Of a stretch of DNA of 64,000 nucleotides, positions 1 to 11,758 are shown piece after piece. The notes under the pieces were generated by a model. That model worked only from the letters and a program-made list of their open reading frames with translations. It had not been told where the DNA came from and did no database searches. Positions within the stretch are counted from its first letter, which is position 1, and each line of letters opens with the position of its first letter. The translations under genes and the position numbers were made by a program. Source of the stretch: Vitrella brassicaformis CCMP3155 (taxonomy: Eukaryota > Protista > Chromerida); assembly GCA_001179505.1 (NCBI GenBank), contig CDMY01000388.1, forward strand, positions 26,234-90,233, in the 5' to 3' direction.

Positions 1-1440
1 CCGCCCTGTCCAGTGGCCGTGCCGTCGACATAGGGCGTGAGGTCCTCTTCGGCAGCAAACCCATCCAAAGGCGTCGACTGATGCTCAAACGTGTCACCTC
101 GAGACCTGACACACAAACACAAACACAAACACAACGACTTCTCCCTCTCCGCTATCTCTCTCTCCGCCTTTCCTTTCTGATGCACACACGCACGCACCCG
201 TTGATCCAGTATCGCGGCCCCTGTGCCAGCCCATGTTGCCTCGAGGACTGGAAGGGCGCGTGAGAGCTCTCGGTGTCGCCTCGCAGGTCGGGCGGGCCGA
301 TGTCTGGGTGCTGGTGGTGCTCGGCCGTGAGCGGCACGGGAATGTTGGCGCGGCCCTTGGTCGACACTGGATGGTATGACACCAGGCCGTGCCCTGTGCG
401 TGTGCCAGGCAACAAACAAAGAGAGTGGGGGAGTGTGCACATGGTACTGTGTGTGTGTGTGTCTCTGTGTGTGTCTTTGGCGGTATTACAGTAGTTGAGC
501 ATGAGTTCGTTCTCCCTCTGGTCGCCCAAGCGGTTCAGCAGAATGTAGGTGTCAGTGCCATACCTGCACAACACAACACAACACAACACAACACACGATA
601 CATGTACCACACCTTCTTTCTCCCCATCTCCTTCCCTCCCGCCATCCCCTCACCCACCCAGCAACGCTGTGTATGTTGAGGTCGCCCCCGAAGTACCGAC
701 AATAGAGGCGCGACAGCGGCAGACCGAAGCCATAGCCACCCACCTCCTTGGGCGTCACCAGCCCGCCCACCGGGCTGCCGTGTGCGGCCTCCCCCGCTGC
801 GCCGGGGGGGACAGTGCCGTTGAGCGGGTTGAGGAATGAGGGGCTGGGCTGCTGGTGGTTGTGATTGTGATTGTGCTGGTGGTGTGTGGATGTGCACTGG
901 CTGCTGTCGTGGGTGCGCTGGTGGCCGACGGTCGTGTAGCCGTACCGCCAGATGTTCTTGAGCAGATCTGATGACACATCAGAGACAAACAAACAGAGAG
1001 ACCGACAGACAGACAGACAGACAAACAGCGGGTGGGTGTGTCGTGGGTGTCGGTCGGATCGTGTGCAGAATGAATGAAATGGCTATTACTTGATTCCATG
1101 CCGCCCCCTTCGTCCGAGACCTTGACCATCACGTCGTAATGCCCCTTGTGCAGACGAACACGCACCTGATCAATAACCAACACACACACACATACACGCC
1201 ATGAGACAGACACCCAGATGCCCACCAAACGGACCGACCTTTGGTATGGATTCGTCGAAGCAGTCGCTGTTGGGGAACTTCCTCAGGTGGTTCTCGACGG
1301 TCGCGCGCATGCTGTTCTTCATGATCTCAAAGAGGATGAACTTGACGTGCTCCGGGATGAAGGAAAACGACAGATCTAAGTCGCCCTCCAACTCAAACTG
1401 AGGCGACCGCCCGTACACCCATATCCCGATCTGCACAGAC

Positions 1441-1472
<32 letters not shown>

Positions 1473-2466
1473 CACCAACACGCAGCCAGCACCCACACAC
1501 ACACACACACACACACACAGCCAAGTGACCGGACCGCATCAGCGCCCTCCCGCCCCACCATGCCAAGCCCAGCCCACCCACCTGCGACACGCGATCAGCG
1601 ACGGCCTGGATGAGCGGTGCCGGCCTGAACTGCTGGTGGATGATGCCCACGTACGGCCTCTCCGGGTCGACAGCATCGTCGTCAGACGGCCTCGACGAGG
1701 GGGACGGCCGGCTGGGGGAGGAGGAAGGTGTGGATGATGGGGGAGATGACGGCGGGTCGGCCTTGAGCGCCTCCAAGTCACGAAAGTGGTCCTCACGCAC
1801 AGCCAGATAGTGCTCTGGACGAACAAGGAGGACATAGCGTCAGCACGGCAGTGTGTGTATCTGGTCCTCCGTCGTACCTGAGATGAGTCTGTTGCCGATG
1901 CGGGTGTTGAACAGCCGGTCGAGAAATCGGTCTAGGGCGATGTCGGGGTAGGACGCGCGCAACTCCACAACACCCTTTTGCATGAGACTGGTTACCTCGG
2001 CATGCTCAGAAACCTGACACAACACACACACACACACACAGAATCCTCGTGTGTGCGTGTGTCAGTCTGTCTGTCTGTCTGTCTGCTGCCTCACCAGCCT
2101 CGCCAGTGTCCTGGCAAAGTGCGCCTCGGCCCTCTCGTCCCGAACGTTGCCCACCCCGCTAATCTTCTCGAACGCATCGGCATACATCGAGTACACCCTG
2201 TGGATGTGCTCGTTGCCCGTCACGACATACGGCAGCCTGTTGAAGTCGTACAGCCGGTGCGCCAGCCTCACAGGCAGCTCCCGTTGGATCCAGTTGGCCG
2301 CCCGCACGAGCGCCTCGGTGCCGGCGCCCTCGCCAGTGCGGCTGACGGCGCATGCCTTGGCGTGCCGCATCATGTCGCGTATCGATATGGGCGTCACGGC
2401 CTGCTGTGCGACCTTCTCGATGCGATACAGCAGAGACCTCGTCAGACCTGAGATGCCGCACTCCAT
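1..2466 (-). CDS. PDK: Mitochondrial pyruvate dehydrogenase kinase / branched-chain ketoacid dehydrogenase kinase family protein (multi-exon; 3' end runs off the window)
   Basis: ATG at 2466. Exons give AANWIQRELPVRLAHRLYDFNRLPY, LDRFLDRLFNTRIGNRLI, N-box ILFEIMKNSMRATVE, G1 box VSDEGGG, G2 box GYGFGLPLSRLYCRYFGGDL and YGTDTYILLNRLGD, all PDK/BCKDK (GHKL-type) hallmarks. Further coding-like exons lie at ~220-390 and 1-100. PDK versus BCKDK cannot be separated by eye. Confidence 0.9.
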
Positions 2467-2767
2467 CTCAGTAGCTGGTGTTGAGAGAGGTTGCTCCGAT
2501 GACGTCCGCTGTTGCTAACTAGCGAAAGACAGCTAAGCACGAGCCTTCCACATGTGCCTCACAACAACCCGTACGCGTCGCGTTTGTGTGGGTCGCCAAC
2601 AGCTTTCAGGGTTTGGTAAGCTCGCAGGGTTTTTGATTCTAGCTCGCTCGGATTTTTTCATTCCTCTCATTTTCATCCCTCTCCAAGGCCGCCTGAGTCG
2701 TCCTGATGCTGTTTCTGACACGCTCTCTCGATGAACATCTCGACTGACTCATCCGCCGCCAAGCAAC
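2467..2767. promoter_or_regulatory. Putative bidirectional promoter between PDK (-) and the pseudokinase fusion gene (+)
   Basis: Divergent ATGs at 2466 and 2768, with a ~300-bp SSR-free, less GC-rich spacer. Confidence 0.5.
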
Positions 2768-5700
2768 ATGGATGAAGGCAGCGACTCAAGCAAGCAGTCG
2801 CCCAACGACACTACAGAGAAGAGCAGCAGCGCCTCCTCTGTCCACCCTTCGCTCAACTTGCCTCAGAACGGCTCTCACATCGATCCCAAGGCTCAGCCGA
2901 TGAGTGATCTGCCGCTCGACGCTCAGGGCGAAGCAGCAGCGTCTGCCGGCTCAGCAGAGGACAGCAGTGGCCAGCAGGGCGCGGCAGACGCCAAGCAGGA
3001 TGATGCGATGGAGAGGCTGGCGGCGTATCTGCTGAGCATCGCAAAAGACTCACCCGAACACAAGCAGCAGCGACCGGAGCAGCCCAACCCCTCCCCCCTC
3101 TCAGCCAAAGACGACACAGACACCGCAGGCGAGCCCTCCCCACTGACCGTCGCTTCACAGCAGCAGAACCAGGCGGGCGGCACTGCGGGCGGGGCGGCTG
3201 AGGGTGCCGGTGAGGGTGGTGAGGGCGGTGGCGGTGAGCAGCAGGAGAGTGGTGATGGTGACGGGAGTGGGGATAAAAAGGACGGCAGTGGTCAGGAGGG
3301 CGGGGCGGGAGGTCAGGAGGACGATGAGGAAGACGAAGACAAGCACCCGTCCCCCAACGGACCACAAGAAGAAGCGGTGAGTGAGTGAGTGAGTGAGTGG
3401 TGGGTCGGTTGCACGAACTGGATGCGTCTCTCTGTCTGTCTGTCTGTGTGTGTGTGTGTGTTCAGGGCTGTCTTCTGCTGCAGGTTGGGTATGGCCGCCT
3501 CAGCTCGCTGCGCCTGCCGTTTCGTGTCGGTGTTGGCAAGGAGTACGAGGTGCAGTCCATGATACAAGTTCACAACCATACGGCACAGGCCACTGGTGAG
3601 TGAGCAAACAGCGGCGACCAACACGAGCACAAACCGTCACAAACCTGTTCGTTGTATCGTGTGTGTCCTTCAGTCGTGTCGTGGGAAGACGGCAAGAAGC
3701 TCATCTGCCAGATGGTACACCGCCCATCCATCCATCCATCCATCAACACATTGTTTGTCTTGTCGTCGGTTTCAGGCGCGACCCTTCGACGTGCCGTCGC
3801 TGCTCTCCGATGTGAAGAAGAACCTGCCGTGGACCAAGGGGGGAGGTGACAAAGAGCCCAACAAGTCCACCAAAGAGCCCAACAAGCCCACCAAGACCCT
3901 CCGTCATCATCTGGCTGAGGCGCTAGGGTACAAGTTCAAGTTCGACATCGGTGCTGACGCCATTGTAGCTGACACTGGTGGTGGTGGTGATCGTGAGGGG
4001 CAACGCGAGCGTGTCTGAGGACCAGAAGGCCGGTGGTGACAACGACACGGGCGGCAGCAGTGCCAGCAGTGGGGATGAGGGCAAAGGAGGGACGGGCGCG
4101 TCTTCGTCGGCGGGGTCGGGTGGCGACTCGCCCTTGTCGTCAGACAGCCCACCGCCTCCCCCTCCCCCGCCCCCGCCACCGCCAGCAGGAGTACGGCCCC
4201 AAGACCTTGTTCGATGCGCTGGAGTCCCATCAGTTCGGTAGCCTCGCCCGCCAGCAGTTCGTGTACCAATACCTCAACGGTCAGCAGTACACACACCTCA
4301 TCCATCCATCCATCCATCCATCCCTCCATCTCTCCCTTTCTCAGCCTCTGCCAAGCTCAAGATCTGCCCCGAGCCGGTGTACCACGAGCGCGTCGTCGAC
4401 CTGCAGCAGGCCAACTTTGGTCGTGCTGACGTGGACTTCTTCATCAATGAGCGGCTGGACTGCGATCTGGATGCGGTCATGCGGTATGCCGAGAGGTGGG
4501 AGCAGGCGCAGAGTGAGCACCTGGAGCGGTCACGGCCCACACGGGGGGGCCGCGACAAACTGGCGCACAAGAGACTTGCTCTGGAGCTAATGATAGAAGC
4601 GGTAAGGAAGATAGAGTGCACACGTGTCATGGATGTGGTCTATGAATGCAGTCCTGCCTGCCTGCCTGTGCAGGTCAGGTCCTTCCGTGAGCTTCACTCG
4701 CACGGACTCGTCCACGAACACGTCAAACCTAGAGTACGCACGCAGACAACATTACACACACACACACCCCAACCAACCAACCACGCAACTCTCCTCCCTC
4801 CATGTGTTCAGAATATGATGGTCAAGTACGGCCACGGCAAGCGTGTGTATCTGGTGGACCTCAAGCAGTGCCGCCCCGTCCGCGCCAAGCCGACCGACGA
4901 CGAGGAGACACTCAACAGCCTGCGCCGAGGATGCCCAGCGCACACCCTCGACTTCATGCCCATCGGCACACACGACTGCCACCTCTCCCCACCGGCATTC
5001 AAGTGAGTGAGAGTGGGTGGCCGACAGACTGATGCGTCCATCCTCCACAACACTCACTGGCTCGAAGGTGCATCGTTTCTGTCTGTCTGTCTGTCTGGAT
5101 GTGTGCTGTGTGCCTTGCAGGGATGACCTGGAGGGTCTGGCGTATGTTCTCTTGTGGTTGAAGGGCCCCCTGCCGTGGATGACCAAGCAGCTGCACAAGC
5201 ACGGCATCCCGAGGCCCTGGCTGACGACTCCCACGAGTCAGCGCAACGAAATCTGTCAGTGGAAGGAGGAGATGGACGTAGAGGAGGCGTGTGCCGGGCT
5301 GCCCGGTAGGGAGAGAGATCGGTGAAGACAGGTGGACGTAGCTCATTGGTCTCTCTCTCTCTCTCTGTGTTCGTGTCTGTGTGTGGGCAGGTGCTGTGTG
5401 TGAGTTTGTGAGGGAGGTGCGGAGCTACGGCCAGTTTGATCTGCCGCGATACGACCACCTCATAGAGTTGCTACGAACAGCCATCGACCAGTGAGTGAGA
5501 GAAGACCACACTGAGGATGGATGGATGGATGGATGTGCCAATGTCATGTTCCCTCTTGCGTCGTGTGTGTGTCAGATTGCCTGCATCTGAGCATGTGCGT
5601 CGGCTGCCCTTCTTGGATGAGGCCCTCACGCCCCCCGGCTGCCGCATCGCACGACACTTCACCGACCAACACAACCTCACACGACTCAAGAAGCTCGCCA

Positions 5701-8115
5701 CCCTGCCGTCCTCCGCCACCGGCACCCGCAGCGGCACCAGCACCACAGCTACGCCACCCCTCCCCTCACCCACCGAGACCGAGGCATCGCCAGCACACGA
5801 GCCAGCTCCTCCCAGCCTCTCGGCCGCCGAACGTGCACGGAGTCTGGCGTGTCTGCAGTCACCGGACGCGAGTCGGTTTGCTGCCCTCGTGACACCGAGC
5901 GAGATCACGCTTCTCGGCGAGTTCATGCTGTGGGCGACTCAGCCGGACGGCAAGTGGTACCGGCTGATCAAGAGGGTGGGCGAGAGGGGCGGCGAGGGCG
6001 CGTCGGCGTCTGTCCCCGTGACGCTGGCGGGTCTGCCGGAGAACTGTCTGTGTCGTGTGACGGACTTCATGACGACCCTCGAGATCATTGGCCGTGTGGG
6101 CCTGTGGGCAACTGCCTTCCGCTCCCTCGCCATCAGGCCGGAGTTCCACACGCGGCTGACCATCGCCGGCGAGCCGCAATGGCACCGATTCGACCTCACC
6201 GTGTCGAGCCTGTGGGCGCCGCGCATGACACTCATCTCGACGGCCGACATCAAACCCCCCCTACCACTCGTCCCCGACAAGACGGAGATGCTGGTGGTGA
6301 CGGCACGTACCAGCAAGCAAGTCGGCGACCCCCAAGTGCGGTTCGACTTCCGCCCAGGCAGTGCTCGCGCGGTGTCGCACATGAGCCCCTCGCCGCCCTT
6401 TGACAGTGTCAATGACAGCGCCATGACGCTGCCCTTCGCCTACCCCCTCTCGTCGATTCTCACTGGCGCCATCCGGCCCCCATTCATCCCGCCCACCCTC
6501 CCGGCCGTCAAGTACTACCCCAAGCCGGCGTCATCCTCGGCCAAGGGCCCCTCCCTGGCCAGCAGCAGTGGCCAGCAGGAGGGAGAGGTGAGCAGCCGCG
6601 AGATGTACCCTGACGTGGCGGCGTATCTGCTGAAGAAGCATCCCAAGGCCGACCCCACAACCAAGCAGCAGCGACCGGAGCAGCCCAGCCCCTCCCCCCT
6701 CTCAGCCAAAGACGACACAGACACCGCAGGCAAGCCCTCCCCACTCACCGTCGCTTCACAGCAGCAGAACCAGGCGGGCGGCACTGCGGGCGGGGCGGCT
6801 GAGGGTGGTGGTGAGGGTGAGGGCGTTGGTGGCGGTTGTGATGAGCAGCAGCAGGGGCGCCGTGTGGCCAAGAGCCCCCTTCTGCGCAAGTTCGAGACCA
6901 CCGGCAGCGTCCGCACCATCCTGCACCCGCGCGAGCCGCACCTCAAGCCGTTCGCCATCAACGGGGTGGTGGGTGTGCTGGAGGCATCGCACGCGACGTT
7001 GGCCGAGCTGCGTGTGCGTGACGGGAGGGTGGACCTGCCGGAGGTGCCAGCGGCCTACGGCTTCAAGCCGCCCCGTCCGTGTGGCGTCGATCGGTCCGGT
7101 GACGCTATGCTGGAGTTCCCGAAGCTGACGACTGTGGTGATGCCATCGGACAAGGCCAACATCAACGGATTCACCAAGGTGAGGGACAGACAGAGGCACA
7201 CACTGGCGGCCCATTCACGTGTGTGTCCCTCTGTGTGTGTGTGGTGGGTGGGCAGGTAGCCTATGTGTGTCGGTGGTCTCTGCCGAATCTGACGTCTCTG
7301 ACGGTGTCGGGCGACTGCCGCGAGCATGCGGCCAGCAGATCGCCAGACGACCCTAGCTTCTGGCGCAGCCAACTCCGCTCCTGGAGGGCTCTCGCCAGCT
7401 CAGACAGCCCCTTCAGACACCACACACAAGTGCCGTACGACGAGGCCACGCGCATACTCGAGCACGCAGGGGCCGAGCGTCAGAACAGAGACAACCATCG
7501 GTAAGACCACACACGCACACACGAGATGAGGCTGGCTGCCGGTCGGATGGCATGGCCCATGTGTCTGTCTGTGTGATGTGTGTGTGTGTGTCTGTGTCAG
7601 TGGGGAGATCCTGGGAGTGTACATTGGTGTGTGGATGATGAAGGCTGAGAACATCGATACCATCAAGGTGACCGGCATGCCGGTAAGTAAGACAAGACAG
7701 CCGAGCCGAGCTGAGCTGACAAGACACCACCGACAGACACCGCCATGCACACGCTCCCCTCTCTTTGCCCTCCGCTCATCCCTGCCAGGTTGACGTGTTG
7801 ACGACCGCGCTTTCGCTGCGCGCCAGGCTGCCCCAGCTGCGCCGCCTGATCGACGCCATCAGCCCCGCGGCCACCCAACAGACCCTCATCCAACTCAAGA
7901 CCCTCCTGCAGCAGAAGGGCGCGCCACTGGCCGACAAGATCGTGGTGCCGCTGACAGACGACGACAGGGACCACGACAGTGACAACGAGGGTGAGGAGGA
8001 GGGCGAGGAGGACAACGGTGGTGGTGGTGGTGGTGCAGACGGCGGGGAGGGCCAGCAGCGCAGCAAGACGAAGCGCAAGGTCATCCCGTATGTCGACCAC
8101 TGCATGACCCAGTAG
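2768..8115 (+). CDS. CK1/VRK/TTBK-like pseudokinase spliced to an F-box-like plus degenerate LRR module (copy 1; two +1 frame disruptions at ~4000 and ~4185)
   Basis: Kinase exons: FFINERLDCDL, LHSHGLVHEHVKPR|NMM, VYLVDLKQC, DDLEGLAYVLLWLKGPLPW, PRYDHLIELL (CK1 subdomains V-XI). Intron 5491-5575 joins AIDQ in frame to LPASEHVRR. F-box-like LAGLPENCLCRVTDFMTTLEIIGRVGLWATAFRSLA at ~6023-6130. LRR-like FPKLTTVVM and LPNLTSLTVSG. Stop TAG at 8113-8115. Confidence 0.65.
6564..6850 (+). repeat. Intragenic duplication of ~280 bp of exon 1 (2964-3245) inserted into the F-box/LRR module
   Basis: KQQRPEQP(N/S)PSPLSAKDDTDTAG(E/K)PSPLTVASQQQNQAGGTAGGAAEG occurs at both places, nearly identical in nucleotides. 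It is absent at the equivalent site of the minus-strand paralogue (AVKHYADPPSIFSAKSPLL). Confidence 0.9.
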
Positions 8116-9001
8116 ACAACACAAGATACCGACCAACTAAGCAGGAGGGTGAGGAGGGACGGGGGGAGGGAGGGCGGGAGGGAGGGAGGAAGAGGCCACA
8201 GAGGCCGTGGATGTGTTGTGTTGTGTTGTGTTGTGTGTGCAGGTGGGGTGGCAGGATGGGATGGACGACGACAGGACGACAGGACGACACACAGGACCAC
8301 TGGTCTGTCTGGCTGGCTGGCTGGCTGACTGACTGCATCACGACTACTGACTGACTGACGGCATGGATGCATCACATGTGTGTATCTGTAAGTACCGACG
8401 TGTGGATAGCATACACAGACAGACAGACTGACCGACGGATGGATGGATGGATGGTCGACTCGATCTATATGTTGCTTGTCTGTCGGACGCTCTGTACCGT
8501 ACGGCGCGCTGATTCGCCTTAATACTTACACAAGGACTGCCTCCATCTTTATTGTCCATTCTGTCCGTCATCGCACACACACACGCACACACACACACAC
8601 ACACGGACAGAAACCGTTCAATAAACCATGGCATCTGTCTGGTTAAGCAGCAGTATACATGAGCTCTCACGTCAGTGTGACTCCTGCAAGCCATCCCATC
8701 CCTCTAGCTATCACTGGTCGGCTGGCTGGCTGGCTGGCCGGCAAAGCCACGCTCAATCAGCATGCGCACAGCACAGCACAGCCCAGCCTAGGTACGAAAA
8801 ACCACAACGCACGAACCACACGAATGCTCAAATGCAGGCCCCCCCTCCCCCCCCCACACACACACGAGGTAAAACAAAACCTCTGTGCTGTCTGTCTGTC
8901 TGTCTGTCTGTTTCCCCACCCAATCACACCCACACCACACAGAGACAGACAACAACACCGCCTTCCTTCCTTTCCCCCTCTCCCCTACTAAGTGACCCAA
9001 C

Positions 9002-11260
9002 TCAGCCCAGCCCCAGGGCCTCCCCCACCACAGCTTCCAGCGCCCCCGCCTCACACATGTTCCGCCCCAAGTGGAACGTCTTGGAGCGCTGCGGCCCCCT
9101 TAACCGCCCCAAAAGCTTCCGGTGTGTGCCGGTTGCAGGCGGGGGCGACCGGGGCTGCTGTCTCTGAGCTCCAGGCGGCGATTTGTGTCGGTGGAGGTCG
9201 CAATGGCCGCCCTGAATGGCGAAGATGTTGCCCGCTGACGTCTTGGTGGGCAATTCTGCCTCTTCATTCTCGTTGTTGTCTTGGTTGGTGTCGTCAGGCG
9301 CGGGCGGTGGTGGTGATGGTGGCGGCAGGGGTCTCTTGGCCCGGATGACGGTGTTGATGCGCGCCCAGTTGGCTATGAAGTTAGTGGGGTTGTCCTGGTT
9401 TGGGTCGTTTGGATCTCTGTAAAGGTAATCGTCGAACTGGCAGTCATACATGAGCCGATCCATCTCAAAATACTCGGCCGCTATCACCATGCGACCATTC
9501 ACCTGAACACACGTGGGGATATGTCTGTGTGTGTTTGTGGCGGTGGGGAGGGGCCGGGCTCTTACTTCGTCAAACCCGCTGACGAAAACGCCAATACTAT
9601 CCAGCTTCTCCTTGACCTTATCCATCGACATTCCCGCAAACGGCTGATCTGCAGCCATCCATCCATCCATCCAACACACGCATACAGGGCAGGGCAACAG
9701 ACTCCTCCCCCACTCTCTGGATGTGATGTGTTGCTTTGCCCTCCCGCCTTGACTCACTCATTCACCCACCCCCTCAGCCACTCACCCTTTCCATTGAGGT
9801 GCACCCTGACGTTCATCGGCGACCAGATGACCGTGGGCGTGAACTCGAGGCGCGCTTCTCTGATCTGGTAGTCAAACTCGCCTGTCGGCGTCTCCTCCTC
9901 AAACCCCATCGTCACTGAACACCACACACACTCGTTATGTCGTGTGTCTGCAGGGGGGGGTGTGTGTGTCTGTAGGGGCGTGTGTGTGCGCGCTTACCAC
10001 TGAAGAGCACGTTGCCCAGTATCTGCTTGCCCGAGGGGGCCATCCGGAACTTGGCCCAGATCTGACCACGGTACTTGTGGTGCTCGTAGATGCACACCTT
10101 GTCGCTGAAGCAGATGTGCCTTTAAGCGAGACAGAGACAACGTTAGATTGAATCAACGGGCGGGTGTGTGCGTGCATCTAACGGTCTGGGCCTCTGGAAT
10201 TTCATCAGCACGAGTCCCGTCCCCACCACTATCAGCAGCTTGCTGCACAGCGACTGCACCGACAGAATGATCGTCCCTGTGGGGTCCTGCGGACCATACT
10301 ACAACACTCGACCAGAGAGAACACAGCATAACACACACACACACACACACACATCCATCCATCCGTCTGTGTAACGCCCATTGCTCACCGGTCCGTCGAC
10401 GCCCATGAAGTTGGCCAGCGAGATGGCGAAGGCCCAGATGAAGTCTTCGTCAGGCAGGTCGTCGAAGCCGAAGAAGCTGTCGGGGAAGGCCATGATGACC
10501 AGCCCAAAGACAATCGAGAAGGCAACGCTGATGGCGACGACCAACCCGAGAAGGAAGAACCAACTCGACTGCACATGATGTGGAGGATGACAGAATGAAT
10601 GGCTTTGATTGATGCGTGTGGCTGTGGCTGTGTCTGTGTCTGTGTGTGTCTGGCGTCCCGTCCCACCTCTGCCAGCCATCTTGTGGGCGCAGCGTCGCGC
10701 GGCTTGTTGATCGTCTTGACCATGAAGCCAGGGTCTGACGTGAACTGGTTGATCCTGCTCACGACACACAGCACACGATCCATGACACTGACAGGGCAGT
10801 TGCATTCTCCCTCCCTCCCTCCCTCCCTCTAAATTGCTCACTTTGGTGCCTTGCGCACGAACGGGTTGCTGTAGATGACATCGAACGTCTTGAGCCTGTC
10901 CATCTGGCTCTCGCTCCTCGTCGCAGACGTGCCCCTGCTGATGCTGTTGCTGAACCGCGTCCAGCTCTTCTGCAGCGGCCGCATCAGCGCCTTCCAGTTG
11001 ATACGGGTGCTCAGCCGCCGGAAGCCATCGGGCACTGCTGCAGCTTCTCCTGTGGTTGACTGAGAGTTTTTCGGCTCCATCACGACAGCACGCATCGAGC
11101 ACGGAGTGGCACTGCGTCGCATGATCTCTCTGGCCTCATTCTGTTCTGTTGCTGCTGCTTGTGAAGCGTGTGGAGCTTGAAAAGCGGCAGGTGGGTCAAT
11201 GCCGTCGTCGAGCTCCGGTGGCGGCGAACGGCTGTCTGTCGTAGGGCTGGGCATTGCCAT
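9002..11260 (-). CDS. Inward-rectifier potassium channel (Kir/KirBac-like) family protein with non-canonical selectivity filter
   Basis: TM1 SWFFLLGLVVAISVAFSIVFGLVI; pore helix WAFAISLANFMGVDGP|YGPQDP; TM2 TIILSVQSLCSKLLIVVGTGLVLMKFQRPRP|HICFSDKVCI...WAKFRMA, matching the Kir KxxRP...FS..AVI...FRVA pattern. Cytoplasmic-domain exons continue down to ~9002. Confidence 0.8.
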
Positions 11261-11758
11261 TTGCTGTTTTGTTGTTTTGCTGCAGATCTGCTGGTTTAAG
11301 CTCGCGTGTGACGTGGCTCAAGTGTTGAAGCCACAGACGTTTTGTCTTTGCTCCCAGAATGGCTGGCAGCAGCGCTTCAGATGAGGACCAGGCACCACCG
11401 GGCACACTGCAGTTGCTTTGCAGTGTGCCTGGGGCTGCCTGGTGCTTATCTGAAGCGCTGCTGCCAGCCATTGGCTCTTCACTCATCGAACAAAAGCAGA
11501 CACGACTCTCTGTCTGACAAGTGTCGTTGTGCGAGGAGGTGCAACCGACTCGCTGTCCGTCTGCCACGAGATCCACCCCGCCAGTAGATGTGACGGAGTG
11601 GATTGCGTGTCAGAAGCAGAAGGAATCACTCCCACCTTCTCACTCACGCGACAGACACCCACAGCACAGCACCTGTCAACTCAACAGGAGCTAAAGGTAC
11701 ACTTCAGCGATTACACAAAGCAGAAAGAAGGCACCTTCCCCACGACCCACAGTCTGGT

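Noticed and set aside
5488-5493. TGA after AIDQ as selenocysteine or readthrough
   Set aside because: The TGA overlaps a canonical GTGAG donor, and splicing alone restores the frame.
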